From the IMG/VR virus record IMGVR_UViG_3300036985_002657, positions 1 through 64,000 of that record: a stretch of DNA of 64,000 bases, one strand, 5' to 3'. The notes beneath the pieces were generated by a model. The model was given only the letters and a program-made list of their open reading frames with translations, was not told the DNA's origin and did no database searches. Positions 8,808-17,787 of the stretch are shown here, piece by piece (position 1 is the stretch's first letter; each line of letters opens with the position of its first letter). Source of the DNA: a virus. The translations under genes and the position numbers were made by a program.

Positions 8808-8810
8808 TCG

Positions 8811-9866
8811 ATGGCACCGAAGAAGACGAAGAAGCCCGCAGGCAAGATGTCGCGCTACGTCCAGGCGCTCCAAGCGAAGTTCGGCAGTGAGTCTGCGCTG
8901 ACGGTGAGCGGGGAGCTCAACAGCGCGTCGGCGCTGACTGAGTTCCTCTCGACCGGCATCGACGTGCTCGACTACTACGTTCTCGGCGGCGGACTGCCTG
9001 TTGGTCGTATGTCCGAGTGGTTCGGGCAGGAGGGCTGCGGCAAGACGACGCTCGCATACTGCGCTATCGCCGCCACGCAACGCGCGGGCGGCATCGGTGT
9101 CTGGGGCGATCCCGAAATGAGCTTCGACGATGCGCGAGCGCGCACGTTCGGCGTCAACACCAACGACCTGCTGATCCTCCAGCCTGAGAACCTCGAGGAG
9201 TGGTTCGAGCAGCTCAAGCTCACGCTCAAGATGCACGACCCCGAGGAGGGGCCGATGCTGATCGCCTGGGACAGCATCGCGTCGATGGTGACGAAGGGCG
9301 GCATCGACAGGCCCGCTGGCGATCGCAAGGTCGGCGACGTGCCGCTGATCATGTCGGAGGAGTTGAAGAAGATCCTCCCGCTGCTCGCCAAGCACCGCGC
9401 GCACCTGTTCGCGCTGAACCAGATCCGCGCCAAGATCGGCGTGATGTTCGGCGACAACACCACGACGCCGGGTGGCAACGCACCGAAGTTCTACGCCAGC
9501 CAGCGTGTGCAGTTCCTCGGCGGCAAGGCAGTGAAGAACTCGAAGGACGAACACATCGCCAAGATCGTGACGTGCATCACGACCAAGAACCGGCTCGCTG
9601 CGCCTTGGATGAAGGCGCGCGTGCGGCTCGACTACAAGACGGGCTTCAACAACATCTGGTCTACGGTCTGGCACGCCAAGCGCATGAAGCTGATCAAGTG
9701 CCGCGCCGAAGGCTTCGCTGGGCCGAGCGTCGAGGGCCTGGCCGCCTACAACGAGGCGCTCGAGGCGCTGGGCTGGGAGTCGCGCGGTGTGCTACCGGAC
9801 GAGGAGCTCGACACCACTACAGAGGTTGAGGCTGATGCAGACGACGATGACTCCGAAGACGAGTGA
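8811..9866 (+). CDS. recA: RecA/UvsX-like recombinase
   Basis: LSTG..LD..LGGGLPVGR..E.FG.EGCGKTT, DSIAS, NQIRAKIGVMFG..TTTPGGNAPKFYAS, KNRLAAP; ATG at 8811 after GGAGGA. Confidence 0.93.
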   Translation: MAPKKTKKPAGKMSRYVQALQAKFGSESALTVSGELNSASALTEFLSTGIDVLDYYVLGGGLPVGRMSEWFGQEGCGKTTLAYCAIAATQRAGGIGVWGDPEMSFDDARARTFGVNTNDLLILQPENLEEWFEQLKLTLKMHDPEEGPMLIAWDSIASMVTKGGIDRPAGDRKVGDVPLIMSEELKKILPLLAKHRAHLFALNQIRAKIGVMFGDNTTTPGGNAPKFYASQRVQFLGGKAVKNSKDEHIAKIVTCITTKNRLAAPWMKARVRLDYKTGFNNIWSTVWHAKRMKLIKCRAEGFAGPSVEGLAAYNEALEALGWESRGVLPDEELDTTTEVEADADDDDSEDE

Positions 9867-10056
9867 CACCCACGGTGCTTGGCCGGACGAGATGCGCGCT
9901 CTCGACTTCCGGTTCGCCTACGACACGCTGCCCGACGGGCGTGTGATCTTGCCGATCACGATGACTGTGCTTGGTATGTTCTGCGGCTACCACAGCACGA
10001 TCTGCGTCACGACGCTGCATCGAATCCACGTCTATGCAGAAGGCGGTGATGCGTGA
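9835..10056 (+). CDS. Small hypothetical protein
   Basis: Fills the gap after recA; stop overlaps the next GTG; start uncertain. Confidence 0.35.
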   Translation: MQTTMTPKTSDTHGAWPDEMRALDFRFAYDTLPDGRVILPITMTVLGMFCGYHSTICVTTLHRIHVYAEGGDA

Positions 10057-10160
10057 CCTGGCAGTGGTGGCTCGGTGGCATCTGCCTGGGCAAGTTCTTG
10101 GGACTCACGCTCGGCGTGCGTCTGTGGATCTGGCTGACTGACCAACTGAGGCAGAAATGA
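10053..10160 (+). CDS. 35-aa hydrophobic peptide (MTWQWWLGGICLGKFLGLTLGVRLWIWLTDQLRQK)
   Basis: Not in the ORF track; GTGA overlap at the start and ATGA overlap at the end; one transmembrane-like stretch. Confidence 0.5.
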   Translation: MTWQWWLGGICLGKFLGLTLGVRLWIWLTDQLRQK

Positions 10161-11263
10161 AGATCGCGTTCGTGGCCGATGTCCATCTGTCCAACCATCG
10201 CCGCTTCGGCGGCGAGATGATCGGCGGACTCAACACCCGCTTCCGGCAGTCGGTCGCCGTGCTCGACAAGGCGATCCGCGTCGCAGCGAACACCGGCGCG
10301 CGCACGCTCTACGTCCTCGGCGATCTGTTCGACAGCGCCAAGCCGACGCCGCAGGAGCTCACCGCCGTGATGGAGGTCTTCGATCGCAGCGAGGAGCTCG
10401 ACGTACACCTGATGCTCGGCAATCACGACCAGGCATCGAACACCGATGGCGATCACGCTCTTGGCCCGCTGACGGCGCTGCGCAACGTGACCGTCTACCA
10501 GCACCCGGTGGCTGCCTTCGGCATGATCGTTGTGCCGTTCCAAGTCGGCCCGGCGCGCGAGTGGCTGCCTGGTGTCGTGGCGCGGACTGTGCGCGGTAGC
10601 AACTCGCGCACGCTGCTGCTGCATATGGGCGTCGCCGATGACAGCACCCCGCCGTTCCTGCGTGGTGCGTCGGACTCCATTCCAGTCGATGATCTCGTGG
10701 AGATCATGGGCGCGCACGGTATCCGCAACGCCTTCGCGGGCAACTGGCACAACCCCCAGACGTGGCGGCGTACCGCGCCACAGGGCAGCGAGCATCTCGT
10801 CACCCAACTCGGGGCGCTGGTGCCAACAGGCTTCGACAACCCTGGCCTCGACTACGGCCATATGGCGATCCTCGACACCGAGACTGCCGCCGTGACTGAC
10901 ATCGAGCTCTCCGGCGGGCCGCGCTTCATCACCGCCCCATTCGAGGATCTGGATCTCGAGGACGTGGCAGCGACGGGGCTGCGGCACGAACTCTACCTGC
11001 GTGTCGCCGCGCGCCCCAAGAACGTGAAGCTCGCGCAGGCTGCGCTGAAAGAGCTACAGGCAGATGGCAAGCTGATCGCCTTCGAGGTGCTGCCCGACAA
11101 GGAGGCTGCGAGCGCGACGGCGAAGAACACCGCGCGCACCACGCGCAACGCGACCTCTGTGAACGACGCCGTCGCAGCCTATGTCGCCAAGACCGCGATG
11201 CCAGACGGCACAGATCGGCGCGTGGTACTCGAGCTAGTCAAGGACTACTTAGCTCGGGGCTAA
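10157..11263 (+). CDS. SbcD/Mre11 (gp47)-like metallophosphoesterase nuclease
   Basis: ADVH, GDLFD, GNHD, LLH and GNWH motifs. Confidence 0.88.
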   Translation: MKIAFVADVHLSNHRRFGGEMIGGLNTRFRQSVAVLDKAIRVAANTGARTLYVLGDLFDSAKPTPQELTAVMEVFDRSEELDVHLMLGNHDQASNTDGDHALGPLTALRNVTVYQHPVAAFGMIVVPFQVGPAREWLPGVVARTVRGSNSRTLLLHMGVADDSTPPFLRGASDSIPVDDLVEIMGAHGIRNAFAGNWHNPQTWRRTAPQGSEHLVTQLGALVPTGFDNPGLDYGHMAILDTETAAVTDIELSGGPRFITAPFEDLDLEDVAATGLRHELYLRVAARPKNVKLAQAALKELQADGKLIAFEVLPDKEAASATAKNTARTTRNATSVNDAVAAYVAKTAMPDGTDRRVVLELVKDYLARG

Positions 11264-11285
11264 GACAGCGATCGATGCACAAGGC
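11262..11285 (+). promoter_or_regulatory. Bipartite motif copy (AAGACA-N9-GCACAAGGC)
   Basis: Immediately after the sbcD-like stop and before the next gene. Confidence 0.55.
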
Positions 11286-11291
11286 AGGCGT

Positions 11292-11642
11292 ATGAGATTG
11301 AAGCGCGTGTTCCATGCACGAACAACCGGCGGGCCAACTATCGGCAGCGGCAACCACAACGACCCTGAGTGGTTGCTCGAAAACATCACACTCGATCAGA
11401 TCGAGGCGATGCTCGCGTCGGTCGTTCCTGCACTCGATTCCGACGCGGTGAACGTTGAGCTAAGCGCAGTCACCCCGCTGTTTACCGACTGGGAACGCGA
11501 GCTCGTGATCAGCCTCAACGAGCAATATGACACGAAGCATCTGAAGGGCTATCACGATCGCCCGCTGTCGGGCCGCCAGTTGTTCTACCTCCACAAGTTC
11601 TACGCGCGGGTCGCGCTGGACACCGCCGCCGCGCTGAGATGA
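11292..11642 (+). CDS. Hypothetical protein
   Basis: Fills a gap in the operon; DWERE...LSGRQ..L pattern seen in small phage proteins. Confidence 0.6.
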   Translation: MRLKRVFHARTTGGPTIGSGNHNDPEWLLENITLDQIEAMLASVVPALDSDAVNVELSAVTPLFTDWERELVISLNEQYDTKHLKGYHDRPLSGRQLFYLHKFYARVALDTAAALR

Positions 11643-11658
11643 AAGGAAAGGTCCACTG

Positions 11659-12261
11659 ATGCCGAAGAAAGCTGCTGATCCCCGCCTCGTGTTTCTCGAT
11701 CTCGAGACGACTGGCCTCGAACCCGAACAGGACGCCATCCTCGAGATCGGCATGGTGGTCTGCGACATCCGTGAGTCGTTTGCGCCACTCGCGGAGTGGT
11801 CGGTGCCTGTGAAGACCAAGCCCGCGACGCTGGCGATGATGAGCGACTTCGTGCGCGGGATGCACCAGATGAGCGGCGTGCTCGTCGCGCTTGAGGGCGG
11901 CGTGTCACTCCGCGAGGCCGAATCGGCAGCGGCACACTTCCTCAACGAGCAGAACTTCACCTACGGCACCGTGACGATGGCAGGTTACGGGCCGCACTTC
12001 GATCGTGCGTTCTTGAAGAAGCATATGCCTACGCTGCACAACTTCTTCGACTACCGCATGGTGGACGTGAGCACGCTGCGCGGGCTAGTGCGGCGACTGG
12101 TCGATCCCGACATCGACTCGCATATCGCGCCGGTGCTCGCGGGCTATCAGAAGCACCGCGCGATCTCCGACTGCTACGCCGCGTGCGATGAGCTCGCCTT
12201 CTACAGCAAGTACCTGTTCGACGTGGACGGGCTGCGCAAGGCGATGATGGAGATCCTCTGA
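11659..12261 (+). CDS. orn: Oligoribonuclease-like DEDDh exonuclease
   Basis: LVFLDLETTGL...ILEIG, MH..SG, FDRAFL..HMP.L..FFDYR.VDVSTL, HRA..D...EL.FY. Confidence 0.85.
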   Translation: MPKKAADPRLVFLDLETTGLEPEQDAILEIGMVVCDIRESFAPLAEWSVPVKTKPATLAMMSDFVRGMHQMSGVLVALEGGVSLREAESAAAHFLNEQNFTYGTVTMAGYGPHFDRAFLKKHMPTLHNFFDYRMVDVSTLRGLVRRLVDPDIDSHIAPVLAGYQKHRAISDCYAACDELAFYSKYLFDVDGLRKAMMEIL

Positions 12262-13895
12262 TGCGTGTTTGCGAGATCGAACTGCTTGGCGTGATGACAC
12301 ACGCCCACTCCAAGGTCGCGCTGCCGCGCACAGGCATCGTCCTCGTCACTGGCCCCAACGGTGCGGGCAAGTCCTCGCTGCTCGAAGCCGTCAGCGTCGG
12401 CGGGTGGGAGGAGCCGCTGCGCCGCAAGCCAGTGTGGTCGGCTCCCAAGGCATCGATCACGCTGACCGCCGAGGTCGGGCGCGAGCAACTGGTCATCGAT
12501 CGCTCGCGGATCAAGAGCAAGAGCGCGCTGGTGTTCTCCTCGCCGACGGCGGTGCCCGTCACCTACGAGACGAAGACGAAGGCGCAGGCTGCACTCGAGC
12601 GCATGATCGGCTCGCATCTGCTCTGGCGCAGGACGTGTGTCTTCTCCTCGAGCGATGCCGATCACTTCACGCTCGCCACGGACGGGGAGCGCAAGAAGCT
12701 GCTCGAAGACATCCTCGGCTTGGAGCGATTCGATGCCGCGCACGCACTGGCGCTGAAGGCGAAGCGGGAAGCGGGCATCGCGGCGACGACTGCGGGCTCG
12801 ACGTTGGCGCTGGCTGCGGAGCGGCTTCAGGCCGGGCGCGACAGGCTGGCCGATGCCTTGGAACGACTACAGAGCCTTTCAGGGGGCAAGGACATGGCTC
12901 CAGGCGACCTTGCCCTGCTCGAGAAGGCACTCGAGCAAGCCGAACGTACAGTCACACGGAAACAGACCGCCTTCGATGAAGCGAAGGAGTCCCTCAACCT
13001 CGCCCATGCGGAGGTACGGGCAGCGGAGAAACGCGCGAGTCGCATCGAGGGACTGGACACCTGTACGCTCTGCGACCAGTCGATCAACTCCGCACACCAC
13101 GAAGCGATGCACGCGGAAGCTACGCGCGTGGTTGCGCACTGGGCTCCGATGATCGCAACGACCGAAGACCACATCGACGCGCTCCGCATCGAACTCCGCG
13201 CCGCCAACCAGCGTGTGATCACACTGAGCGAGAAGCGTGGGCGGCTGCACGCCGAGGCCCGTGCTGCGGCGAAGGTCGCCGAACAGCGTGCGACGGCTGA
13301 CGCGGCGGTGCTGGCGCTGCGCGAGAAGTGCGAGACGGCGGCTGACACGCTGGACGAATCGCGCGAGGCGCACAAGCTCGCCGAGGCCGAACTGATCAAC
13401 ATCACTGCTGCCGAGAAGGTGCTCTCGCTGACGGGCGTTCGATCCTACCTGCTCGGGCAGGCGTTGGCGGGCATTGAGGAGGTGGCGAACACCTGGCTTG
13501 CGCGCGTCGCGGGCGGCGGGCTCGAGCTTCGGTTGCAGCCCTACGCCGAGAAGGCAAGCGGCGGTGTGAAGGACTCGATCTCACTCGAGGTCGAGGGCGC
13601 AGGCGGCGGGCACGGCTACCGCGCTGCGTCGGGCGGAGAGCGGCGTCGCATCGACATCGCGCTGATGCTGGCGCTCGCGGAGATCGCGGAGGCCGCTGTC
13701 GGCACCACAGGCAATACGCTGTTCTTCGACGAAGTGTTCGACGCGCTTGACGGCGATGGCGTCGATGCTGCGTGTGCGGTACTAGACGAGCTCGCAGCGG
13801 ATCGCTGCGTCGTGGTCATCAGTCACAATATGGATCTCGCGGCTCGTCTGAATGTGACGAAGCACCTGACCATCAACAAAGGAACGATCTCGTGA
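12261..13895 (+). CDS. SbcC/Rad50 (gp46)-like SMC ATPase
   Basis: GPNGAGKSS, coiled coils with CTLC zinc hook, SGGE signature, FFDEVFDALD, VISH. Confidence 0.9.
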   Translation: MRVCEIELLGVMTHAHSKVALPRTGIVLVTGPNGAGKSSLLEAVSVGGWEEPLRRKPVWSAPKASITLTAEVGREQLVIDRSRIKSKSALVFSSPTAVPVTYETKTKAQAALERMIGSHLLWRRTCVFSSSDADHFTLATDGERKKLLEDILGLERFDAAHALALKAKREAGIAATTAGSTLALAAERLQAGRDRLADALERLQSLSGGKDMAPGDLALLEKALEQAERTVTRKQTAFDEAKESLNLAHAEVRAAEKRASRIEGLDTCTLCDQSINSAHHEAMHAEATRVVAHWAPMIATTEDHIDALRIELRAANQRVITLSEKRGRLHAEARAAAKVAEQRATADAAVLALREKCETAADTLDESREAHKLAEAELINITAAEKVLSLTGVRSYLLGQALAGIEEVANTWLARVAGGGLELRLQPYAEKASGGVKDSISLEVEGAGGGHGYRAASGGERRRIDIALMLALAEIAEAAVGTTGNTLFFDEVFDALDGDGVDAACAVLDELAADRCVVVISHNMDLAARLNVTKHLTINKGTIS

Positions 13896-14611
13896 GCGAC
13901 GAACAAGAGCAAGGCCGCGAGCTGGAATCACTCGGCACGTCAATGCGCGCCACAATCAAGCGGCTCCAGAAGGAACTCAGCGAGTCGATGGAACTGCGCG
14001 AGCGCGAGAACGACGCTCGCGCCGAGCTCGCCCTCCCGGTGGAGCACGCGCACGAGGCGGTTCGCTTCCTGCTCCGGCACATCGGCGAAGACCCGACGCG
14101 CGAAGGGCTGCTCGACACGCCGCGTCGCTGGGTCGATGCGATGCTCGAGATGCGCAGCGGCAACAGCGTCGATATCGCGAAGCTCCTCAAGGTGACGTTC
14201 GATTCGGGGCACTACGATGAGATCATCGCCGTGACCGACATCGCATACACTTCGATGTGCGAGCACCACCTCTTGCCGTTCACCGGCAAGGCAGCGGTGG
14301 CGTACCTCCCGTCCGAGGACGCAGGCGGCTACCGCGTTGTCGGGCTGTCGAAGATCCCGCGCCTCGTAGACGCCTTCGCGCGCCGCTTGCAGATGCAAGA
14401 GCAGTTGACGACGCAGATCGCCGAAGCGTTCGATGAGTACGTCAAGCCGCGCGGCGTCGCCGTGCTGCTCACCGGCGAGCACTCCTGCGCCTCGTGCCGG
14501 GGCGTGCGCAAGTCGGGGATGGTGATGATCACCTCGATTCTGCGGGGCGCGTTCCGCAACAACGAGGCAACGCGCGCAGAGGTTCTGCGCCTGATCGGAG
14601 GAAGCAAGTGA
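13892..14611 (+). CDS. folE: GTP cyclohydrolase I
   Basis: GEDPTREGLLDTPRR, SMCEHHLLPF.G, GLSKIPR, RRLQMQE.LT, HSC..CRG; GTG start from overlap; short N-terminal coiled-coil extension. Confidence 0.95.
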   Translation: MSDEQEQGRELESLGTSMRATIKRLQKELSESMELRERENDARAELALPVEHAHEAVRFLLRHIGEDPTREGLLDTPRRWVDAMLEMRSGNSVDIAKLLKVTFDSGHYDEIIAVTDIAYTSMCEHHLLPFTGKAAVAYLPSEDAGGYRVVGLSKIPRLVDAFARRLQMQEQLTTQIAEAFDEYVKPRGVAVLLTGEHSCASCRGVRKSGMVMITSILRGAFRNNEATRAEVLRLIGGSK

Positions 14612-14985
14612 CCACCCGCGCTACGAAGATCATCGCCACTGCGAGCATCGTCGGGTTCCACCGCTGGGAGGGCGCGCCGGAGGATGTGGCGTACCTCTCG
14701 CGCAACCACCGGCACGTCTTCACGTTCCGCGTCGAGCTCCTCGTCTCGCACGGCGATCGTGAGGCGGAGTTCCACACCGTCCAGCGCGCGCTCCGCTGGA
14801 TGCTCCCCCGGCTGGCGAAGGAGGCGCCGATGGCAAGCTGCCCCGAGGAGGCGTGGTTCGGCGGGCAGTCCTGCGAGATGCTCGCCGCGGCGCTGTTCAA
14901 CCAACTGGTCGCCTGCGGCTACACGCCGACCGCGATCGAGTGCTGGGAAGACAACGAGAACGCCGGGCGCGTGGAGTTCGCGTGA
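14608..14985 (+). CDS. QueD-paralog T-fold protein, DpdL-like (predicted 7-carboxy-7-deazaguanine decarboxylase)
   Basis: GFH.W, YLSRNHRHVF (LxxxHRHxF in place of QueD CxxxHGH), SCEMLA, WEDNEN; DpdL label rests on my recollection of that signature. Confidence 0.7.
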   Translation: MTTRATKIIATASIVGFHRWEGAPEDVAYLSRNHRHVFTFRVELLVSHGDREAEFHTVQRALRWMLPRLAKEAPMASCPEEAWFGGQSCEMLAAALFNQLVACGYTPTAIECWEDNENAGRVEFA

Positions 14986-15968
14986 TGCTGTGGGTGTTCC
15001 CCATCGAGCCGATCGAGGAACGGTACAGCGCGCAGTGGGCACGCTGGTGGCAGCGCGAGCTTGCACGGCTGCGTGTGCCGCACCGCTTCGTGATGCCGTG
15101 GCGGGACGTGGCGGCAATCCACACCGGACAGTTCCTCGACACGCGCCTCACCCACAAGTGGAAGGCGAACCAGCTGGCGATGTTCGTGAACGCGATCCTC
15201 GAAGGCGAAGTGCAAGACGGCGATTGGGTGATCCTACACGACGCCTGGAACCCGATGCTCGAGAGTCTCGCGTACATCAGAGACACCGAAGGGCCGAAGT
15301 TCAAGATCGCCGGGCTGTTCCACGCAGGCACCTACGACCCTCACGACTACCTCGCGCAGAAGGGGCTGGGCCGCTGGGCTGGGTCGATCGAGCGCGGGTG
15401 GCTCGAGGCGCTGGACCGCGTGTTCGTCGCCACCGACTACCATGCTGCGCTGATCAACCATCCCAAGGCGGAAGTGACCGGCTTCCCGTTCTACATCGAC
15501 GAGTTCGCCCGCCACTTCCGCCCGTGGGCTGAGCGGGAGAAGCTGGTGGTCTTCCCGCACCGGCTCGCGCCGGAGAAGCAGCCTGCGGTTTTCGATCAGG
15601 TGCGCGAACTGTACGCGCGGCGCTACCCCAGCGACGCGGTGCGCTGGGTGCGGACGCAGGACGTGTGCAAGTCGAAGGACGACTACTACTCGCTGCTCGG
15701 GTCGGCGCGCGTGTCGTTCTCCGCAGCCTTGCAGGAGACCTGGGGCATCGCGATGCTCGAGTCGCTGGCGCTTGGCGCTTGGCCGGTCGCGCCTGCGCGG
15801 CTCTCGTACCCCGAGACGGTGGGCTGGTTCAACCTCTACCCGCGCACCGCTGATTCAGTGGATATGATTCACGCACGCCTGCACGAGACAATCGCTTCGC
15901 CGTTCCGATACCCCGAAGGCGAGAACGCCATCGCTGCTATGATCGCTGCCATGCCAGGAGTCCTATGA
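14985..15968 (+). CDS. GT-B (GT4-like) glycosyltransferase
   Basis: FHAGTYDP.D, VVFPHRLAPEKQP, ETWGIAMLE (EX7E) and SYPE motifs; TGATG coupling to the previous gene. Confidence 0.8.
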   Translation: MLWVFPIEPIEERYSAQWARWWQRELARLRVPHRFVMPWRDVAAIHTGQFLDTRLTHKWKANQLAMFVNAILEGEVQDGDWVILHDAWNPMLESLAYIRDTEGPKFKIAGLFHAGTYDPHDYLAQKGLGRWAGSIERGWLEALDRVFVATDYHAALINHPKAEVTGFPFYIDEFARHFRPWAEREKLVVFPHRLAPEKQPAVFDQVRELYARRYPSDAVRWVRTQDVCKSKDDYYSLLGSARVSFSAALQETWGIAMLESLALGAWPVAPARLSYPETVGWFNLYPRTADSVDMIHARLHETIASPFRYPEGENAIAAMIAAMPGVL

Positions 15969-16933
15969 CCGTCGAGAGCTACGTCCACGAAGAAGGCACC
16001 GCGTTCAGCGCGTTGCCAGAAATCTACCAGATCGAACTGACGAATCACTGCAACCTCGCCTGCCCCATGTGTTTGCGCACAACGGGCATGGTGCGGCGTC
16101 CGCAGTTCCTCGACCGCGGTCTGATCCAGAAGATGCTCGCGCGCGGCGACTTCGCAGGCACGGCGTACACCGAGCTCCAGATGGCGGGCGAGCCGACGCT
16201 GCACCCAGAGCTCGGCGGCATCATCGACGATCTCAAGACCTACGGGCTACTGGTGGGAGCCAGCACGCACGGGCACGAGATCCAGCGGAAGCCAGGCGTG
16301 CTCGAGGCGCTCCTCAAGCTCGACGCGCTGACGATCAGCGTGGACTCGGTGGACCCTGAGATGTACGCCGCGATGCGTCCGCCGACGCAGCTCGACCACC
16401 TCATCGCAGCGATCGATGCGTTCGTGGTGGCCGCGCGCAAGCTGCCCACCCGCCCGCTCGTCGAGCTCCAGCTCATCCAGACCGTGAAGGAGCGCGGACT
16501 CGGCGACGCAAACCTCGATGCGCTTCATCGCGTCATGCAGGAGCGGGGCTGGGGCGACGTGTGTACGGCGCGCGTGCAGGGTGACTGCTTCCCCGAGATG
16601 CAGAACGTCGTGCAACTCGGCACCCGCAAGCGGAACGCCGATCTCTGCATCAACCCCTGGTCGTCGGTCTCGATGCTGGCGAGCGGGCAGGTCGTGTCCT
16701 GCTGCTACATCTTCGAGGCTGCTACCGACGCCGTCAACAGCTACGGCAATCTGAGCACGAACACGCTGGCGGAGGTCTGGGCTTCCGCTGCCGTGCAGGC
16801 GATGCGCGTGTCGCAGAAGACCGGCGAGCTTCGCGACGCCTGCCGTAGCTGCTTCCTCAAGAGCCCCACGCTGATCCACCAGAACATCGTGGCGCGCCTC
16901 GTTCGCAATCGAGCCATGCAGGAGAGAACATGA
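15965..16933 (+). CDS. Radical SAM protein with SPASM/Twitch domain
   Basis: CNLACPMC, GEPTLHP, ISVD; C-terminal CINPW...G.V..CC...GNL...CRSC. Confidence 0.88.
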   Translation: MTVESYVHEEGTAFSALPEIYQIELTNHCNLACPMCLRTTGMVRRPQFLDRGLIQKMLARGDFAGTAYTELQMAGEPTLHPELGGIIDDLKTYGLLVGASTHGHEIQRKPGVLEALLKLDALTISVDSVDPEMYAAMRPPTQLDHLIAAIDAFVVAARKLPTRPLVELQLIQTVKERGLGDANLDALHRVMQERGWGDVCTARVQGDCFPEMQNVVQLGTRKRNADLCINPWSSVSMLASGQVVSCCYIFEAATDAVNSYGNLSTNTLAEVWASAAVQAMRVSQKTGELRDACRSCFLKSPTLIHQNIVARLVRNRAMQERT

Positions 16934-17787
16934 TCAACGGCAAGAAGATGATCGCGCTGACCGGCGTAGAGAGCACGGGGAAGACGACGCTCACCACGGT
17001 GCTCACTGGGAGGCTGCGCACGCGCGGCATCTTGGCGGAGTCCGTGGGGGAGGCAGGCGCGGCGTCGCCCTTCCCCGGCGCGTTTCTCGACTCCGGCTAC
17101 GCAGGCTGGATGTACCTGATCGGCAACAAGATGGCGCTCGAGGTCACGAAGGCTACGCGCGCCAACGTCAACGTCGTGGTCTGCGATCGCACGCTGATGG
17201 ACTACGGGCTCTACTTCAAGACGCGCTTCCCAGGTCAGCCGATGGCAGAGGAAATCTTCGCACTAGCGCAGGAGTGGATCAGGCAGTACGACATGATCTT
17301 CTATCTGCCCCGCGCAGGCAGCACCTACCGGCAGGACGGCTACCGCGCTTCGCCCGCCGAGAACTACTGGCACGCGAAGGCGGACGCCGCCTACCTCGAG
17401 TTCTGGTCGGCGAACCCGCGCGCAACGTGCGTGCCGCAGGGCTTCGACTACCGGGAGCGCGGCGAGTTCGTCTACCACAAGGTCATTGAGAACCTGCTCG
17501 GGGAGACGAAGGCATCCCGCGCCTACGAGTACCTGCGCGAGTGGCTCAACGCGAACGGCGTGCGCGTGCTCGCCGTTCACCCGCGAGGCTCGCAGTCGAT
17601 CACAGAGACCAAGACGCCCCGCCCCGACAGCGATGCCGACGCGGTGATCATCGTGGACGGCGATGCCGACTACGCGCAGAGCGCCGCGACGATGTTCGCG
17701 CAGCATCGCGCCAACGTCGAGAAGGTGCTCCAGCACGATCTCGACCTCTGCTTCTCCCCTCGGCACCTCGCGGCGCACGAGCTCTGA
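16930..17787 (+). CDS. P-loop nucleotide-kinase-like domain fused to a Pol-beta-type nucleotidyltransferase-like domain
   Basis: IALTGVESTGKTT, VCDRT..D, YD.IFY, DGYR; C-terminal RGS.........DSDAD...IVD. Confidence 0.7.
   Translation: MINGKKMIALTGVESTGKTTLTTVLTGRLRTRGILAESVGEAGAASPFPGAFLDSGYAGWMYLIGNKMALEVTKATRANVNVVVCDRTLMDYGLYFKTRFPGQPMAEEIFALAQEWIRQYDMIFYLPRAGSTYRQDGYRASPAENYWHAKADAAYLEFWSANPRATCVPQGFDYRERGEFVYHKVIENLLGETKASRAYEYLREWLNANGVRVLAVHPRGSQSITETKTPRPDSDADAVIIVDGDADYAQSAATMFAQHRANVEKVLQHDLDLCFSPRHLAAHEL

Noticed and set aside
14608-14985. Calling this gene queD
   Set aside because: It lacks the CxxxHGH motif, and a canonical queD is present at 48941-49330
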